DNA from: Alphaproteobacteria bacterium
Lineage (GTDB): Bacteria; Pseudomonadota; Alphaproteobacteria; SHVP01
DNA length: 64,000 nt
Assembly (NCBI GenBank): GCA_038121105.1
Contig: JAYONB010000005.1
Coordinates: 130,274 to 194,273, forward strand
Reading direction: 5' to 3'
Shown one piece after another: positions 9,761 to 20,324 of this stretch; positions within the stretch are counted from its first letter, which is position 1, and every line of letters begins with the position of its first letter. A program made the position numbers and the translations under genes. The notes beneath the pieces are model-generated. The model saw only the letters and a list, made by a program, of their open reading frames with translations, did not search any database and was not told the origin of the DNA.

Positions 9761-10687
9761 ATGTCGCGCGGTCGAAGCGCTGAAAACCTGATCGACCAAT
9801 TCCTCGAAATGATCTCTGCAGAGCAGGGCGCGTCGCCTCGGACGCTTGAAGCCTATGGTCGCGACCTACGCGCTTTCGCGGCGTTTTTGCTACACCACCG
9901 CGACGATGCAGCTTCGTGCGATGTGGCTCGCCTAAGGACGTTTGTGGCCGACCTTGGGTCGCGCGGCATGACGCCAGCCACCATTTCGCGGAAAATTTCG
10001 ACCCTTCGTCAGTTTTTCAAGTTCCTTGTCCTCGAAGGGGTGCGTGGCGATGACCCTTCGCTCTTGATCGACGCGCCGCGCCAGGGGCGGTCGCTCCCGC
10101 GCGTCTTATCTGATCATGAAGTCGAGGCGCTATTGGTGGAGGCGAGGAATGGAACCGGGCCCGAAGCGCTGCGAACGAGCGCGCTGGTTGAATTGCTCTA
10201 TGCCTGCGGCCTTCGGGTGAGCGAACTCGTAGGATTGCCGCTTGCGCGCATCGACCTTGACGCGGAACTGGTGCTGGTTGTCGGAAAAGGCGGTCGGCAG
10301 CGCTATGTCCCGATCGGCGAATCGGCGGCGGCGGCGATCAAGTCCTATCTAGCGGTGCGTGATGGATTCCTGCCCAACGATCAAGAGTCGCCCTGGCTTT
10401 TTCCCTCGCGCGGCAAAAGCGGGCACCTATCTCGTCAACGTTTTGCGCAGGTTCTCGACGACCTTGCGATTCGGGCAGGTGTTGACCCGCGCCGAATTTC
10501 CCCGCACGTATTGCGTCATGCGTTCGCGTCACAACTCCTCGCCAACGGGGCCGATCTGCGTTCGGTTCAGCAGATGCTGGGGCATGCCGACATATCCACA
10601 ACGCAGATTTACACCCATGTCCTGGAAGAGCGACTGAAACAGACCGTGGCGGCACATCATCCCCTCGCAAAAGAAACGGTTGCCTGA
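9761..10687 (+). CDS. xerD: tyrosine recombinase XerD
   Basis: 308 aa with core-binding and catalytic motifs (..HVLRHAFASQLL..GHADISTTQIYTHV). Genomic context is housekeeping. Confidence 0.9.
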   Translation: MSRGRSAENLIDQFLEMISAEQGASPRTLEAYGRDLRAFAAFLLHHRDDAASCDVARLRTFVADLGSRGMTPATISRKISTLRQFFKFLVLEGVRGDDPSLLIDAPRQGRSLPRVLSDHEVEALLVEARNGTGPEALRTSALVELLYACGLRVSELVGLPLARIDLDAELVLVVGKGGRQRYVPIGESAAAAIKSYLAVRDGFLPNDQESPWLFPSRGKSGHLSRQRFAQVLDDLAIRAGVDPRRISPHVLRHAFASQLLANGADLRSVQQMLGHADISTTQIYTHVLEERLKQTVAAHHPLAKETVA

Positions 10688-11644
10688 ATGAGCACGTTCC
10701 TCGATTTCGAAAAACCTGTTGCCGAACTAGAAGGCAAAATCAAAGAGCTACGGCATACCGCCGATGGCGGGGACGTCAACATCTCCGAGGAATTGTCGCG
10801 TCTCGAAACGAAAGTCGATCAGGTTCTGCGACAGACCTACGGCAAGCTAACGCCTTGGCAGAAAATGCAGGTCGCCCGGCACCCGAACCGGCCGCACTTT
10901 TCGGATTACATTTCCGAGCTTTTTGACGATTTCGTCGAACTGCGCGGTGATCGTGCTTTCGGAGACGACGCGGCGCTGGTCGGCGGAATGGCGCGATTCC
11001 GGGGGCGCTCGGTTTTTGTCATTGGCCACGAAAAGGGTAGCGGTACGGACGGGCGCGTTCGTCACAACTTCGGGATGGCGCATCCGGAGGGATATCGGAA
11101 GGCGATTCGCCTTATGAATCTCGCCAACCACTACCAGCTGCCGTTATTAACCTTCATCGACACACCCGGCGCTTATCCCGGCGTCGAGGCTGAGGAACGT
11201 GGCCAGTCCGAAGCCATCGCGCGGGCGATCGAGGCAAGCCTTCGCCTCGATATTCCCTTCGTCGCCTCGATTGTGGGCGAGGGTGGGTCCGGCGGGGCTG
11301 TCGCGCTGGCTACCGCAGATGCCGTGCTCATGCTCGAACACGCGGTTTATTCGGTGATCTCGCCTGAGGGCTGTGCGTCGATCCTGTGGCGCAGCGCGGC
11401 TAAGGCGCAGGATGCCGCCGAGGCGCTCAAAATGACGGCGAACGACCTATTGGAACTTGGCGTAATCGATAAAGTGATCGGCGAGCCGCTCGGGGCGGCG
11501 CATCGGCAACCGAGCGATACCATTCGATCTTTGGGCGATGAGATCGAACGGACCCTTGCCAAGCTCGCCAATGAACCTGCCGATTCTCGACGCCTACGGC
11601 GTCGCGAGAAATTCCTAGCGATGGGAAGGCCGCCCGCCGCCTAG
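10688..11644 (+). CDS. accA: acetyl-CoA carboxylase carboxyltransferase subunit alpha
   Basis: 318 aa with AccA-like sequence throughout (FDFEKPVAELEGKIKELR...). Confidence 0.9.
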   Translation: MSTFLDFEKPVAELEGKIKELRHTADGGDVNISEELSRLETKVDQVLRQTYGKLTPWQKMQVARHPNRPHFSDYISELFDDFVELRGDRAFGDDAALVGGMARFRGRSVFVIGHEKGSGTDGRVRHNFGMAHPEGYRKAIRLMNLANHYQLPLLTFIDTPGAYPGVEAEERGQSEAIARAIEASLRLDIPFVASIVGEGGSGGAVALATADAVLMLEHAVYSVISPEGCASILWRSAAKAQDAAEALKMTANDLLELGVIDKVIGEPLGAAHRQPSDTIRSLGDEIERTLAKLANEPADSRRLRRREKFLAMGRPPAA

Positions 11645-11656
11645 TCGCGCGGCTTC

Positions 11657-14377
11657 CTAGGCCAGGCGGCCATGGCATTGTTTATATTTTTTTCCTGAAC
11701 CGCACGGGCAGGTTTCGTTGCGACCGACCTTGCCCCAGGTTGTGGGGTCGTTGGGGTCGCGGGCCCCCGCTTTCGGCACGCGCACCAGCGTCGTCGTGCC
11801 GGCCGTGTCCATCTCGTTTTGACCGGTGTTCGGGTCGCTGTGAATCTCTTCGGTTTCCTGTTGGGGTCGCGCGGCCGCCGCTTGCGCCGCCGCCGGCGCA
11901 TCCAGTTGAAGTTCTACATTGGATAGATAGGTCGTGAGATTGACGCGCAACGAGGCCAGCATCGTCTCGAACATGTTGAAAGCCTCCCCCTTGTATTCGT
12001 TTAAGGGGTCGCGCTGGCCGTAGGCCCTCAAGCCGATGCCTTGGCGAAGGTGGTCCAGGCCCAGCAAATGGTCTTTCCAGTGCTGATCGAGAACCTGCAG
12101 CATGAGGCTCTTTTCGACGATCCGCCAAACGTCGGGTCCGTAGCGTGTCGCTTTCTCGGCGAAACGCTTGTTCACGGCATCGGTAAGCCGGTGCTTGATT
12201 TCCTCGTCGGCGATGCCTTCTTCTTCTGCCCAGTTTTGGATCGGCAGGTCGAGCGCGAAAATTCGCTTGGTCTCCAACGCCAAGGCCTCGGTCTCCCACT
12301 GCTCGGCGTAGGCTTTCTCCGGAATGTGAGTCGCGATCAGGTCTTCGATGACTTGGTCGCGCATGTCCTTGAACGTCTCGGAGACGTCATTGCTCTTCAT
12401 CAAGTCGATGCGCTGGTCGTAGATGACCTTGCGCTGATCGTTCATCACGTCGTCGAACTTGAGAAGGTTTTTGCGAATGTCGAAGTTGCGCGCTTCGACT
12501 TTTTGCTGCGCTTTCTCGAGGGCCTTGTTGATCCAGGGGTGGACGATGGCTTCGCCCTCCTTGAGGCCGAGACGGCGAAGCATCCCGTCCATGCGTTCGG
12601 ACCCGAAAATCCGCATGAGGTCGTCTTCGAGCGAAAGAAAGAACTTCGATTGGCCCGGGTCGCCTTGGCGCCCGGACCGGCCACGGAGCTGGTTGTCGAT
12701 ACGTCGGCTTTCATGCCGTTCGGTGCCGATGACATACAATCCGCCGGCGGCCATGACGGCCTGTTTCTCCGTCTCGACTTCTTCGGAAATGCGCTCGGCT
12801 TCAGCGGCGCGTTTCGTTTCCGAAGCGTTTTCGTCGATCTCGTCCGCGAGGCGCATCTCGATATTGCCGCCCAGCTTGATGTCTGTACCGCGTCCCGCCA
12901 TGTTGGTGGCGATAGTCACCGCACCCAGTCGACCGGCTTGGGCGATAATGTGCGCTTCTTGTTCGTGGTAGCGCGCGTTCAAGACGCGATGCGGCAACTT
13001 TCGTTTTTTGAGCGCTTCGGCTAACACCTCGGATTTCTCGATCGAGACCGTGCCGACAAGACAGGGCTGGCCGCGTTTTTGGCAATCCTCGACCAGGTCG
13101 ATCAGGGCGTTCATCTTTTCGGTTGTGTTGCGGTAGACCTCGTCGTCTTCGTCTTTGCGCACCATCGGCTGATGCGTCGGCACCTCGACCACTTCGAGCT
13201 TGTAAATATCGTGGAACTCTTCCGCTTCGGTTGCTGCGGTCCCCGTCATGCCGGCCAGCTTGGGGTACATGCGGAAATAGTTCTGGAACGTGATCGACGC
13301 GAGCGTTTGGTTTTCTTGTTGGATCGAAACCTTTTCTTTCGCCTCAAGGGCTTGGTGCAGGCCTTCCGAATAGCGACGACCTTCCATCGCGCGACCGGTG
13401 AACTCGTCGATGATGACCACCTTGTCGTCCTTGACGATGTAGTCCTTGTCGCGTTGGAAGAGGCGATGAGCACGCAACGCTTGGTTCGCGTGATGCACGA
13501 CGGTGACATTCTCGATGTCGTACAGGGACACGCCCTTCAACATCCCGGCATCCCGCAGGAGTTGTTCCATGTGCTCGACGCCTTGCTCGGAAAGCACGAC
13601 GGTGCGGGCCTTTTCATCCAGCTCGTAGTCGTCGGGAATGAGCTTCGGAATGACCGCGTCGAGCTCACCGTAAAGGTCGGAACTTTGTTCCGCCGGTCCG
13701 GAAATAATGAGGGGAGTTCGCGCCTCGTCGATCAAGATCGAGTCGACCTCATCGACGATCGCGAAGTTGAACGCCCGCTGCACCATCGACGAAAGCTCGA
13801 ACTTCATGTTGTCGCGTAGATAGTCGAAGCCGAATTCGTTGTTGGTGCCGTACGTAATGTCGGCCATGTATTGCTGGCGCCGCTCATCGTCCGGCAGACC
13901 GTGTTTGATCACGCCGACGGTTAGGCCGAGGAACTCGAAGACCTGCCCCATCCACGCCGCATCGCGCGCGGCGAGGTAGTCATTCACCGTCACGACATGT
14001 ACGCCTTTCCCCGTCAACGCATTGAGGTAGGCGGGCAGCGTGGAGACGAGGGTTTTACCCTCACCGGTCCGCATCTCGGCGATTTTGCCTTGGTGCAGGA
14101 CCATGCCGCCGATCAGCTGAACGTCATAGTGTCGTTCGCCGAGCGTACGTTTTGCGGCTTCTCGAACGGTGGCAAAGGCTTCGGGAAGGATGCTGCCCAG
14201 GGTCTCCCCGTTGGCCAGGCGCTCGCGGAACTCCAAGGTTCGCGCGCCTAGTTGCTCGTCGCTCAGCGGCGCGATCGAGTCTTCCAAGCCGTTGATGTGA
14301 TCAACAACCGACTGAAGCTCGCGAACGATGCGATCGTTTGCCGTGCCGAACAGGCGTCTGGCAAGTCCGCCGATCAT
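11657..14377 (-). CDS. secA: preprotein translocase ATPase SecA
   Basis: 906 aa with DEAD-like motor motifs and a C-terminal zinc-binding tail ([14 protein letters not shown]). Confidence 0.95.
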   Translation of the reverse strand: MIGGLARRLFGTANDRIVRELQSVVDHINGLEDSIAPLSDEQLGARTLEFRERLANGETLGSILPEAFATVREAAKRTLGERHYDVQLIGGMVLHQGKIAEMRTGEGKTLVSTLPAYLNALTGKGVHVVTVNDYLAARDAAWMGQVFEFLGLTVGVIKHGLPDDERRQQYMADITYGTNNEFGFDYLRDNMKFELSSMVQRAFNFAIVDEVDSILIDEARTPLIISGPAEQSSDLYGELDAVIPKLIPDDYELDEKARTVVLSEQGVEHMEQLLRDAGMLKGVSLYDIENVTVVHHANQALRAHRLFQRDKDYIVKDDKVVIIDEFTGRAMEGRRYSEGLHQALEAKEKVSIQQENQTLASITFQNYFRMYPKLAGMTGTAATEAEEFHDIYKLEVVEVPTHQPMVRKDEDDEVYRNTTEKMNALIDLVEDCQKRGQPCLVGTVSIEKSEVLAEALKKRKLPHRVLNARYHEQEAHIIAQAGRLGAVTIATNMAGRGTDIKLGGNIEMRLADEIDENASETKRAAEAERISEEVETEKQAVMAAGGLYVIGTERHESRRIDNQLRGRSGRQGDPGQSKFFLSLEDDLMRIFGSERMDGMLRRLGLKEGEAIVHPWINKALEKAQQKVEARNFDIRKNLLKFDDVMNDQRKVIYDQRIDLMKSNDVSETFKDMRDQVIEDLIATHIPEKAYAEQWETEALALETKRIFALDLPIQNWAEEEGIADEEIKHRLTDAVNKRFAEKATRYGPDVWRIVEKSLMLQVLDQHWKDHLLGLDHLRQGIGLRAYGQRDPLNEYKGEAFNMFETMLASLRVNLTTYLSNVELQLDAPAAAQAAAARPQQETEEIHSDPNTGQNEMDTAGTTTLVRVPKAGARDPNDPTTWGKVGRNETCPCGSGKKYKQCHGRLA

Positions 14378-14600
14378 CCAGGAAACCTCATAATTGCTGT
14401 GAAAGGAGCATCAGCGCCGGTCTGGCGCTGAACGAGAAATAAGGACCGCCAATGGCCGTGTCAACGGACCGCGATAGAAGGAAAAGGGGGAATTCAATCG
14501 GTCGTGAACGGCCTTCTTTGGCAAAAAAATGCCAAGTTCTCCTGAGTTCACGTGCTACAACCCCACCGCTGCCCCGAAACATAACTCCGTAGAGGACTTG

Positions 14601-15437
14601 ATGAGGTTCCTAACACCCCTCCGATTGATCGGCGCCCTCCTCGCTTTGGCTCTGATTGCCCCAGCATCTTTGGCACAGGCCCAGGACGAGGATCGTGTTC
14701 GCGCCAAGTTTGGTGGAGAGGAGATCCGCCAGTCCGATATCGAGGCGTTCATCAGCCAACTCCCAGAGCAGGTGCGTGGCGCCCCCCGCGACCAGATCGA
14801 GCCCCTGGTGGTTAACGAGCTCATTAACACAAGGTTGGTCGCGCGGCTGGCGCGTGCCGCAGGCACGGAGAACCAAGAGGAGTACAAGCGCCAGCTCGAG
14901 GTCGTGGCGGCGCGCATCCTCCAGAATGTCTACCTCAGCGCCCAAATCGAGGAGCGGCTGACGGAAGATCGCGTCACCAAGGCGTATGACGAATTCGTGG
15001 CGGCCAACCCGCCGACCGAAGAAGTTCGCGCCAGTCATATTTTGGTCGAGGCCAAAGAAAAGGCCCAGTCCATTGCCGAAGAGGTGCGGAGTGGTGGCGA
15101 TTTCGCCGAAGTCGCCCGCCGCGAGTCGACCGGCCCCTCCGCCAGCGCCGGGGGCGATCTCGGGTTCTTCGAAAAAGGCCAGATGGTGCCGACCTTCGCC
15201 GAAGCGGCCTTTGCCCTCGAAATCGATGAGATATCGGACGCGGTTCAAACGCAGTTCGGTTGGCATGTAATCAAACTGACCGATCGCCGCGAAGCGGCGC
15301 CACCGACACTGGACGAGGTTCGCGGTGAGCTGACGCAGCAGTTGCAAGAGGCAATTTTGGCTGAAGTCCTCGCGGAGGCACGCAAGGGCGTGACCATCGA
15401 GACCTTCGATGCGGACGGCAAGCTGATCGAGAACTGA
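14601..15437 (+). CDS. PpiC/parvulin-type peptidyl-prolyl isomerase (SurA/PpiD-like periplasmic)
   Basis: The likely start is the Met at 14601 (MRFLTPLRLIGALLALALIAPASLAQA signal peptide). The parvulin core is RASHILV...GWHVIKL. Confidence 0.75.
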   Translation: MRFLTPLRLIGALLALALIAPASLAQAQDEDRVRAKFGGEEIRQSDIEAFISQLPEQVRGAPRDQIEPLVVNELINTRLVARLARAAGTENQEEYKRQLEVVAARILQNVYLSAQIEERLTEDRVTKAYDEFVAANPPTEEVRASHILVEAKEKAQSIAEEVRSGGDFAEVARRESTGPSASAGGDLGFFEKGQMVPTFAEAAFALEIDEISDAVQTQFGWHVIKLTDRREAAPPTLDEVRGELTQQLQEAILAEVLAEARKGVTIETFDADGKLIEN

Positions 15438-15486
15438 TCTTCACCTATTGCCGGGCGTCTCGCTGCGCCACTAAGATTCGAACGCT

Positions 15487-16725
15487 ATGGCAAAGAGACT
15501 CCCGCGCTCGCCGCTCGCACCGCTCGATACTCCATCTATGCCGCCCATTTCGGGTGTTCGCCTTGCCACGGCCAGCGCCGGCATTTCCTATGATCGTGCC
15601 GACGTCTTGATGGTGGATCTGCCGCCCGAAACTTCTGTTGCCGGCGTTTTCACGAAGTCGAAGACGGCTTCGGCGCCGGTCCATTGGTGCCGCGATATTC
15701 TCCGCAAAGGCACGGCGTGCGGCCTCGTGGTCAATGCCGGAAACGCGAATGCCTTTACCGGCTATGAGGGGGTGCGCGCGGTCGCCGCGACCACGGCCGC
15801 CGTGGCCAAGGTGTTGGGCTGCCGCGCAGACGAAGTTTTTGCCAGTTCAACCGGTGTCATCGGGGAAAAATTGCCCACGGGAAAGGTTCTTTCGGTCGTC
15901 GACACACTTAAGAACGGTTTGAGCGAAACCAACTGGCTTGCGGCCGCCGAAGCGATCAGGACGACCGACACTTTTCCCAAAGTTGCCACGCGTTCGTTTT
16001 CGATTGGCGGCGTGACGCTCAACCTCAATGGGATCGCAAAAGGCTCAGGCATGATCGCGCCTGATATGGGCACCATGCTGGCCTACGTCTTTACCGATGC
16101 CGCAATTCCAAGCGATGTGCTTCAAACCGAATTGGCCGACGCCAGCGACCAGTCTTTTAACGCCATCACGGTCGATAGCGACACGTCGACAAGCGACACC
16201 GTGCTGGCTTTTGCGACAGGTGCAGGTCCGGCACATGCCGCCATCGCGGATCGCAAGGACCCGAACATTCGGGGATTTCGCCGTGCTCTACGCGATCTTC
16301 TCCGCGACCTTGCGCACCAGATCGTGCGCGATGGCGAGGGTGCTTCGAAGTTCGTTCAGATCGACGTCTCGGGCGCCAAGTCCAAGAGGGCGGCGCGCCG
16401 CATCGGTTTGGCTATCGCTAACTCGCCGCTCGTCAAGACGGCGATCGCGGGCGAGGACCCGAATTGGGGGCGTATCGTCATGGCCGTAGGTAAGGCAGGC
16501 GAAGCCGCTGATCGCGATCGTTTGCGCATTTGTTTTGGCGAACATGTCGTTGCTGAGAATGGTGTGCGTGCACCGGGATATGACGAGTCGACCGTGGCGG
16601 CCTACATGAAAAATCCCGAAATCAGCATTGCCGTCGACGTCGGCGTCGGTCGTTCCCGCTTTACCGTTTGGACGTGCGACTTCACAGAGGCGTACATCCG
16701 GATCAACGCGGACTATCGGTCCTAG
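15487..16725 (+). CDS. argJ: bifunctional glutamate N-acetyltransferase/amino-acid acetyltransferase
   Basis: 412 aa with the ArgJ autoprocessing region (..ATGAGPAHAA / TDTS..) and the typical C-terminus TVWTCDFTEAYIRINADYRS. Confidence 0.9.
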   Translation: MAKRLPRSPLAPLDTPSMPPISGVRLATASAGISYDRADVLMVDLPPETSVAGVFTKSKTASAPVHWCRDILRKGTACGLVVNAGNANAFTGYEGVRAVAATTAAVAKVLGCRADEVFASSTGVIGEKLPTGKVLSVVDTLKNGLSETNWLAAAEAIRTTDTFPKVATRSFSIGGVTLNLNGIAKGSGMIAPDMGTMLAYVFTDAAIPSDVLQTELADASDQSFNAITVDSDTSTSDTVLAFATGAGPAHAAIADRKDPNIRGFRRALRDLLRDLAHQIVRDGEGASKFVQIDVSGAKSKRAARRIGLAIANSPLVKTAIAGEDPNWGRIVMAVGKAGEAADRDRLRICFGEHVVAENGVRAPGYDESTVAAYMKNPEISIAVDVGVGRSRFTVWTCDFTEAYIRINADYRS

Positions 16726-16747
16726 AGGATGCACACCGCGACGCTCG

Positions 16748-17287
16748 ATGAACGTACACGCGAAAAGCCTGATCCCACTTAAGACGGCGCGTCTGTGTCT
16801 CCGCGCGTTCGATGTCACGGACAAAGATTCGTTGGTAGATCAGCTCACCGACCCGCAGGTATCGAAGCAACTCGCTTTCGTCCCGCATCCGTACGACGCA
16901 AGTCATGCGGAAGCATGGATCAACGATTGCGTTCGAAACCCACCCGGCAAAATCGTTGGATGTCGTCTCGCTATTGAGCGTCAGGACGACGGCGCGTTTA
17001 TCGGGGGCCTAGGGTTGATCCCCCATGAACGTGCCTTCGAACTCGGTTATTGGCTCGCACGACCCTTCTGGGGCCAGGGCTACGCCACCGAAGCGGTCGG
17101 CGCCGCGGTCGACTTTGGGCTCGGGGCGCTGAATATGCGCCAGATCGTAGCGTTTGTTTTCATGGGAAATCCGGGTTCGACGCGCGTTCTGTCGCGGCTG
17201 GGGTTTGCCTATCGTGGTCTGCAGGATTCAGCGCCCAAGCAGGAGGGACGCAAAGTGCTTCGCTATGACCTCGTAAAGTCCGCATGA
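16748..17287 (+). CDS. GNAT family N-acetyltransferase (RimJ/RimL-like)
   Basis: The start was moved to the ATG at 16748 (MNVHAKS...) to avoid overlap with argJ. GNAT core: GCRLAIERQDDGAFIGGLGL...GYWLARPFWGQGYATEAV. Confidence 0.7.
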   Translation: MNVHAKSLIPLKTARLCLRAFDVTDKDSLVDQLTDPQVSKQLAFVPHPYDASHAEAWINDCVRNPPGKIVGCRLAIERQDDGAFIGGLGLIPHERAFELGYWLARPFWGQGYATEAVGAAVDFGLGALNMRQIVAFVFMGNPGSTRVLSRLGFAYRGLQDSAPKQEGRKVLRYDLVKSA

Positions 17288-18246
17288 TCAATCTGCCCAT
17301 CGTCAGCAATCGGCTGACGATTCGATTGCCGCAAGAATCTGATGCGCCGCGGCTGATCGATTTGCTGAACGACGTCGATGTCGTGGCGTTTCTTTCCCAT
17401 GTGCCCTTCCCTTATCGGCGCGAGGATGCAATCGCTTTCATCGAGTCTGCGAATGGGATGGGCGCGCTACCTGTCGGCGATGCGTTTGTCATTGAAGATC
17501 GCGCCTCAGGCGTCGTTGTCGGTTCTATCGGCGTCCGAACCGTGCACATGCCGGACGGCACCAGGGTCGGCGAAATCGGATATTGGCTGGGACGTGAGAG
17601 TTGGGGCGCCGGGTTTGCCACGGAAGCGGTGAACGCACTGATCTCGTGTTGCCTAACTGACTTGGAATTGGATCGGATAACTGCGGCGGTGGACGCGAAT
17701 AACACCGCGTCGAGACGTGTTTTGGAGAAAGCGGGGTTTCATCCCACTGCGACCGTGGACGCTTGGTACCCTGCGCGGGGGTCGGCGAGAAAGTCCATCA
17801 TCATGGTGCTCGACCCCCCGCGCACGCGGCCGCCAAAAGATGGTTCGGTCCCCATCGTCACCGTCGTCGCGGTGGCGCTATTGGATGGCGATGACCGTGT
17901 TCTGGTGGCCCAGCGCCCGGCAGGCAAGCCGATGGCAGGTCTGTGGGAGTTTCCCGGGGGCAAAATCGCCGAAGGTGAGTCGCCGGAGGAAGCGCTCATC
18001 AGAGAGCTGGATGAGGAACTGGGCATCAACACCGAGCAAAGTTGCCTCGCCCCGTTTTGCTTTGCTTCTCACCGCTACGAAGCGTTTCACCTTCTGATGC
18101 CGCTCTACGTTTGTCGCGTCTGGGAGGGGCACCCTGTCGGACGTGAGGGCCAGGCCCTGCGGTGGGTGGCGGTCAAGCACTTGAACGACCTTGCGATGCC
18201 GCCGGCAGATGTCCCGCTGGTGGCGATGCTAAGAGATTTTCTTTGA
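17284..18246 (+). CDS. GNAT acetyltransferase fused to Nudix (MutT-like) hydrolase
   Basis: 320 aa. The N-terminal half is GNAT (GYWLGRESWGAGFATEAV). The C-terminal half carries a Nudix box (LWEFPGGKIAEGESPEEALIRELDEELGI). ATGA overlap with the upstream GNAT gene. Confidence 0.75.
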   Translation: MINLPIVSNRLTIRLPQESDAPRLIDLLNDVDVVAFLSHVPFPYRREDAIAFIESANGMGALPVGDAFVIEDRASGVVVGSIGVRTVHMPDGTRVGEIGYWLGRESWGAGFATEAVNALISCCLTDLELDRITAAVDANNTASRRVLEKAGFHPTATVDAWYPARGSARKSIIMVLDPPRTRPPKDGSVPIVTVVAVALLDGDDRVLVAQRPAGKPMAGLWEFPGGKIAEGESPEEALIRELDEELGINTEQSCLAPFCFASHRYEAFHLLMPLYVCRVWEGHPVGREGQALRWVAVKHLNDLAMPPADVPLVAMLRDFL

Positions 18247-19149
18247 TGGGTTCGGACCTGCTTTGTCTCCGGTCGAATGCTCTTCCGTGCCCAGCGCCTG
18301 CGCGAGCGGGGTAGTCGCGCTGCCGGGTCGCAGTGGTTTTTGCTGCGATTCGTGAGGCGCCCAGCCGGCCAAATAGATCACGTCGAACGTCGCGGAAATA
18401 CGTCCGCCTTTGCCGTAGCGCTGCACGTAGAGTTCGCTTGTGCGGTCAAAAAGCGTTCGCGACGTAAAATGTTTTCGCCGTTGAACCAGCGCATTGGTCT
18501 CACCCATTGCGCGCAGATCGTGCATCAAGGCAAGGGGCGATGCGTACGTCACGTCGATCCTGTCTTGATCGGCGACCGGTAGGGCGAAGCCGGCCCTTTG
18601 CAACAAACTGCCGGCATCGCGCAGGTCGACGAAGGGGCTTACGCGCGGACTGATTCCGCCCGCGACGTCGATCTCTGCCGCACCGAGACATTCGCGGAGC
18701 TCGAATAGGGTGTTACCGCCGAGAAAAGCGGCGAGGAACAATCCGTCCGGCTTGAGAGCGCGCCGCGCTTGAATAAGAAGCCCCGGGAGATCGTTCGCCC
18801 AATGCAACGCCATGACGCTCGTCGCGAGATCGAATTGTCCCGGCGCGACCGGTAGCGCCTCCGTGTCGCCGATGACGGTGGTGCCCGGTCGCGGCGATTC
18901 GGCCGCCGCGACGATGGTGTAGAGAGATTTGATCCCGCGGGTAGTCATGACGCCCGCGTCCGCCAGTTGCTTTTCGAGGCCGCCACGGCCGCTGAAGTCG
19001 AGTGCCCGGGGGAACGCACGCTTTATGTCCAGCAAGCGATCGGCAAGGCGGGAGGCAACCTCGTCGAACAGAAAGTTTTCAACGGCCCTCCGTCCTCGGT
19101 TGCGGACGACGGACAAGCGATCAAAAAGTGCGTTGTCGGTCATGGACAC
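18229..19149 (-). CDS. class I SAM-dependent methyltransferase
   Basis: 306 aa with methyltransferase motif I-like LDIGCG-type region (VIGDTEALPVAPGQFDLATSVMALHW). Convergent 18-nt overlap with the GNAT-Nudix gene. Confidence 0.65.
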   Translation of the reverse strand: MSMTDNALFDRLSVVRNRGRRAVENFLFDEVASRLADRLLDIKRAFPRALDFSGRGGLEKQLADAGVMTTRGIKSLYTIVAAAESPRPGTTVIGDTEALPVAPGQFDLATSVMALHWANDLPGLLIQARRALKPDGLFLAAFLGGNTLFELRECLGAAEIDVAGGISPRVSPFVDLRDAGSLLQRAGFALPVADQDRIDVTYASPLALMHDLRAMGETNALVQRRKHFTSRTLFDRTSELYVQRYGKGGRISATFDVIYLAGWAPHESQQKPLRPGSATTPLAQALGTEEHSTGDKAGPNPSKKIS

Positions 19150-19250
19150 TAAGCATCGTGCGCCGGGAGTAATGGGCGGCGATCCTACTCCAATTCATGC
19201 CGTTTGCTGCTAAGGTTCTTCCTTTCCGAGTTTTGGGAGCGACGAAGACA

Positions 19251-20294
19251 ATGAAAGCGGTTGTGATCCACGAATGCGGGCCGTCCGATGTCCTGACCTA
19301 CGAAGACATCGACACGCCGAAAGTTGGACCAGGTGAGGTGCTCATCAACCTGAAGACGGTGGGCCTGAACCACTTCGACCTTGATGTGCGCGGCGATATT
19401 TCCGGCTATCTCGAACTCAAGATGCCTCACATCTTGGGCGTTGAGGGTGCCGGCGAGGTGGCTGAGATTGGGTCCGGCGTAACGGCCTTTAGTGTTGGCG
19501 ACCGCGTCATGCCGCAACTCACCACGTCGTCCGGGCAATGCCGCCGCGCGATCTGCAATTGCGCGCTGGGCATGGACAACATTTGCCTGGATTTCGACAA
19601 GCTCGGGGTGACCAGTTGGGGGACTTATGCCGAATACGTCAAAGTGTCCGAGCCCAATGTGATTCGAATTCCCGACGGGTTGTCCGACCTTGATGCCGCT
19701 GCGACCCAGGTCGCCATGGCGACGGCCTGGGAGCTGGTGGTGACCAAAGGAAAGGTCAAGCAGGGCGAGGACGTTGTCGTAAACGCAGCCGGGTCCGGAG
19801 TCGGGTCGGCCGCCGTGCAGATTGCGGCGCTTGCAGGTGCCCGCGTCATTGCAACGGCCGGATCGGACGACAAACTCGACCGGGCGCGACAACTGGGCGC
19901 ATCCGAAGCGATCAACTACTCAAAGCAAAGCATCGTCGACGAAGTGATGAAAATGACCGACGGGCGTGGCGCCGATGTCGTGATCGAGTGTGTCGGTGGC
20001 AACATCTTGCAGCAAAGCCTCGAAGCGCTCTGTTTGAACGGTCGGCTGTCGACCGCCGGGGCGCATGCCGGCGAGAAGGTTGAAATCGATATGATCGAGT
20101 TCTTTCGCAAGCAATTGACGATGACTTCGACCCATTTTGCGCCGGTAGCGACTAATCAGATGGTCCTCAAGCTCGTCAACGAGGGCAAGCTACGACCGGT
20201 GATCGAGAAAATCTTCCCGCTAAAAGAAATGAAGGCTGCCCACGATTTGATCGCCAGCCGAAAGTTCTTCGGCAAGGTCGTTCTGGAAGTCTAA
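19251..20294 (+). CDS. zinc-binding alcohol dehydrogenase / MDR family oxidoreductase
   Basis: The start was moved to the ATG at 19251 (MKAVVIHECGPSDVLTYEDI). GroES-like and Rossmann domains are present (VNAAGSGVGSAAVQIAALAGARVIA). Confidence 0.8.
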   Translation: MKAVVIHECGPSDVLTYEDIDTPKVGPGEVLINLKTVGLNHFDLDVRGDISGYLELKMPHILGVEGAGEVAEIGSGVTAFSVGDRVMPQLTTSSGQCRRAICNCALGMDNICLDFDKLGVTSWGTYAEYVKVSEPNVIRIPDGLSDLDAAATQVAMATAWELVVTKGKVKQGEDVVVNAAGSGVGSAAVQIAALAGARVIATAGSDDKLDRARQLGASEAINYSKQSIVDEVMKMTDGRGADVVIECVGGNILQQSLEALCLNGRLSTAGAHAGEKVEIDMIEFFRKQLTMTSTHFAPVATNQMVLKLVNEGKLRPVIEKIFPLKEMKAAHDLIASRKFFGKVVLEV

Positions 20295-20324
20295 TTCCCG
20301 CTCCCCGCCGTCCATAGCGGTGGG

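Noticed and set aside
9761-10687. Tyrosine recombinase as a marker of an integrated mobile element near tRNA-Val
   Set aside because: It is a canonical chromosomal xerD flanked by aroKB and accA. The tRNA-Val 34 kb away has no adjacent integrase, direct repeats or composition shift, and no IS or phage genes are present.
11682-13024. Several 170-330 aa ORFs (for example 11682-12299 minus strand, 12041-13024 plus strand) inside the secA region
   Set aside because: They are alternative-frame or antisense readings of the unmistakable secA gene, with Arg/Gly-rich nonsense translations.
14374-14391. 5-codon uORF (MRFPG-stop) whose UGA overlaps the secA AUG, plus a hairpin (14412-14430) in the secA leader
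   Set aside because: It is tempting as a SecM-like regulatory leader. However, a 5-codon uORF without its own SD arises easily by chance, and the SD it contains is simply secA's. There is no evidence of conservation.
14610-15347. 245-aa minus-strand ORF antisense to the parvulin gene
   Set aside because: Its translation is low-complexity. The plus-strand PPIase reading has a clear signal peptide and the parvulin motif.
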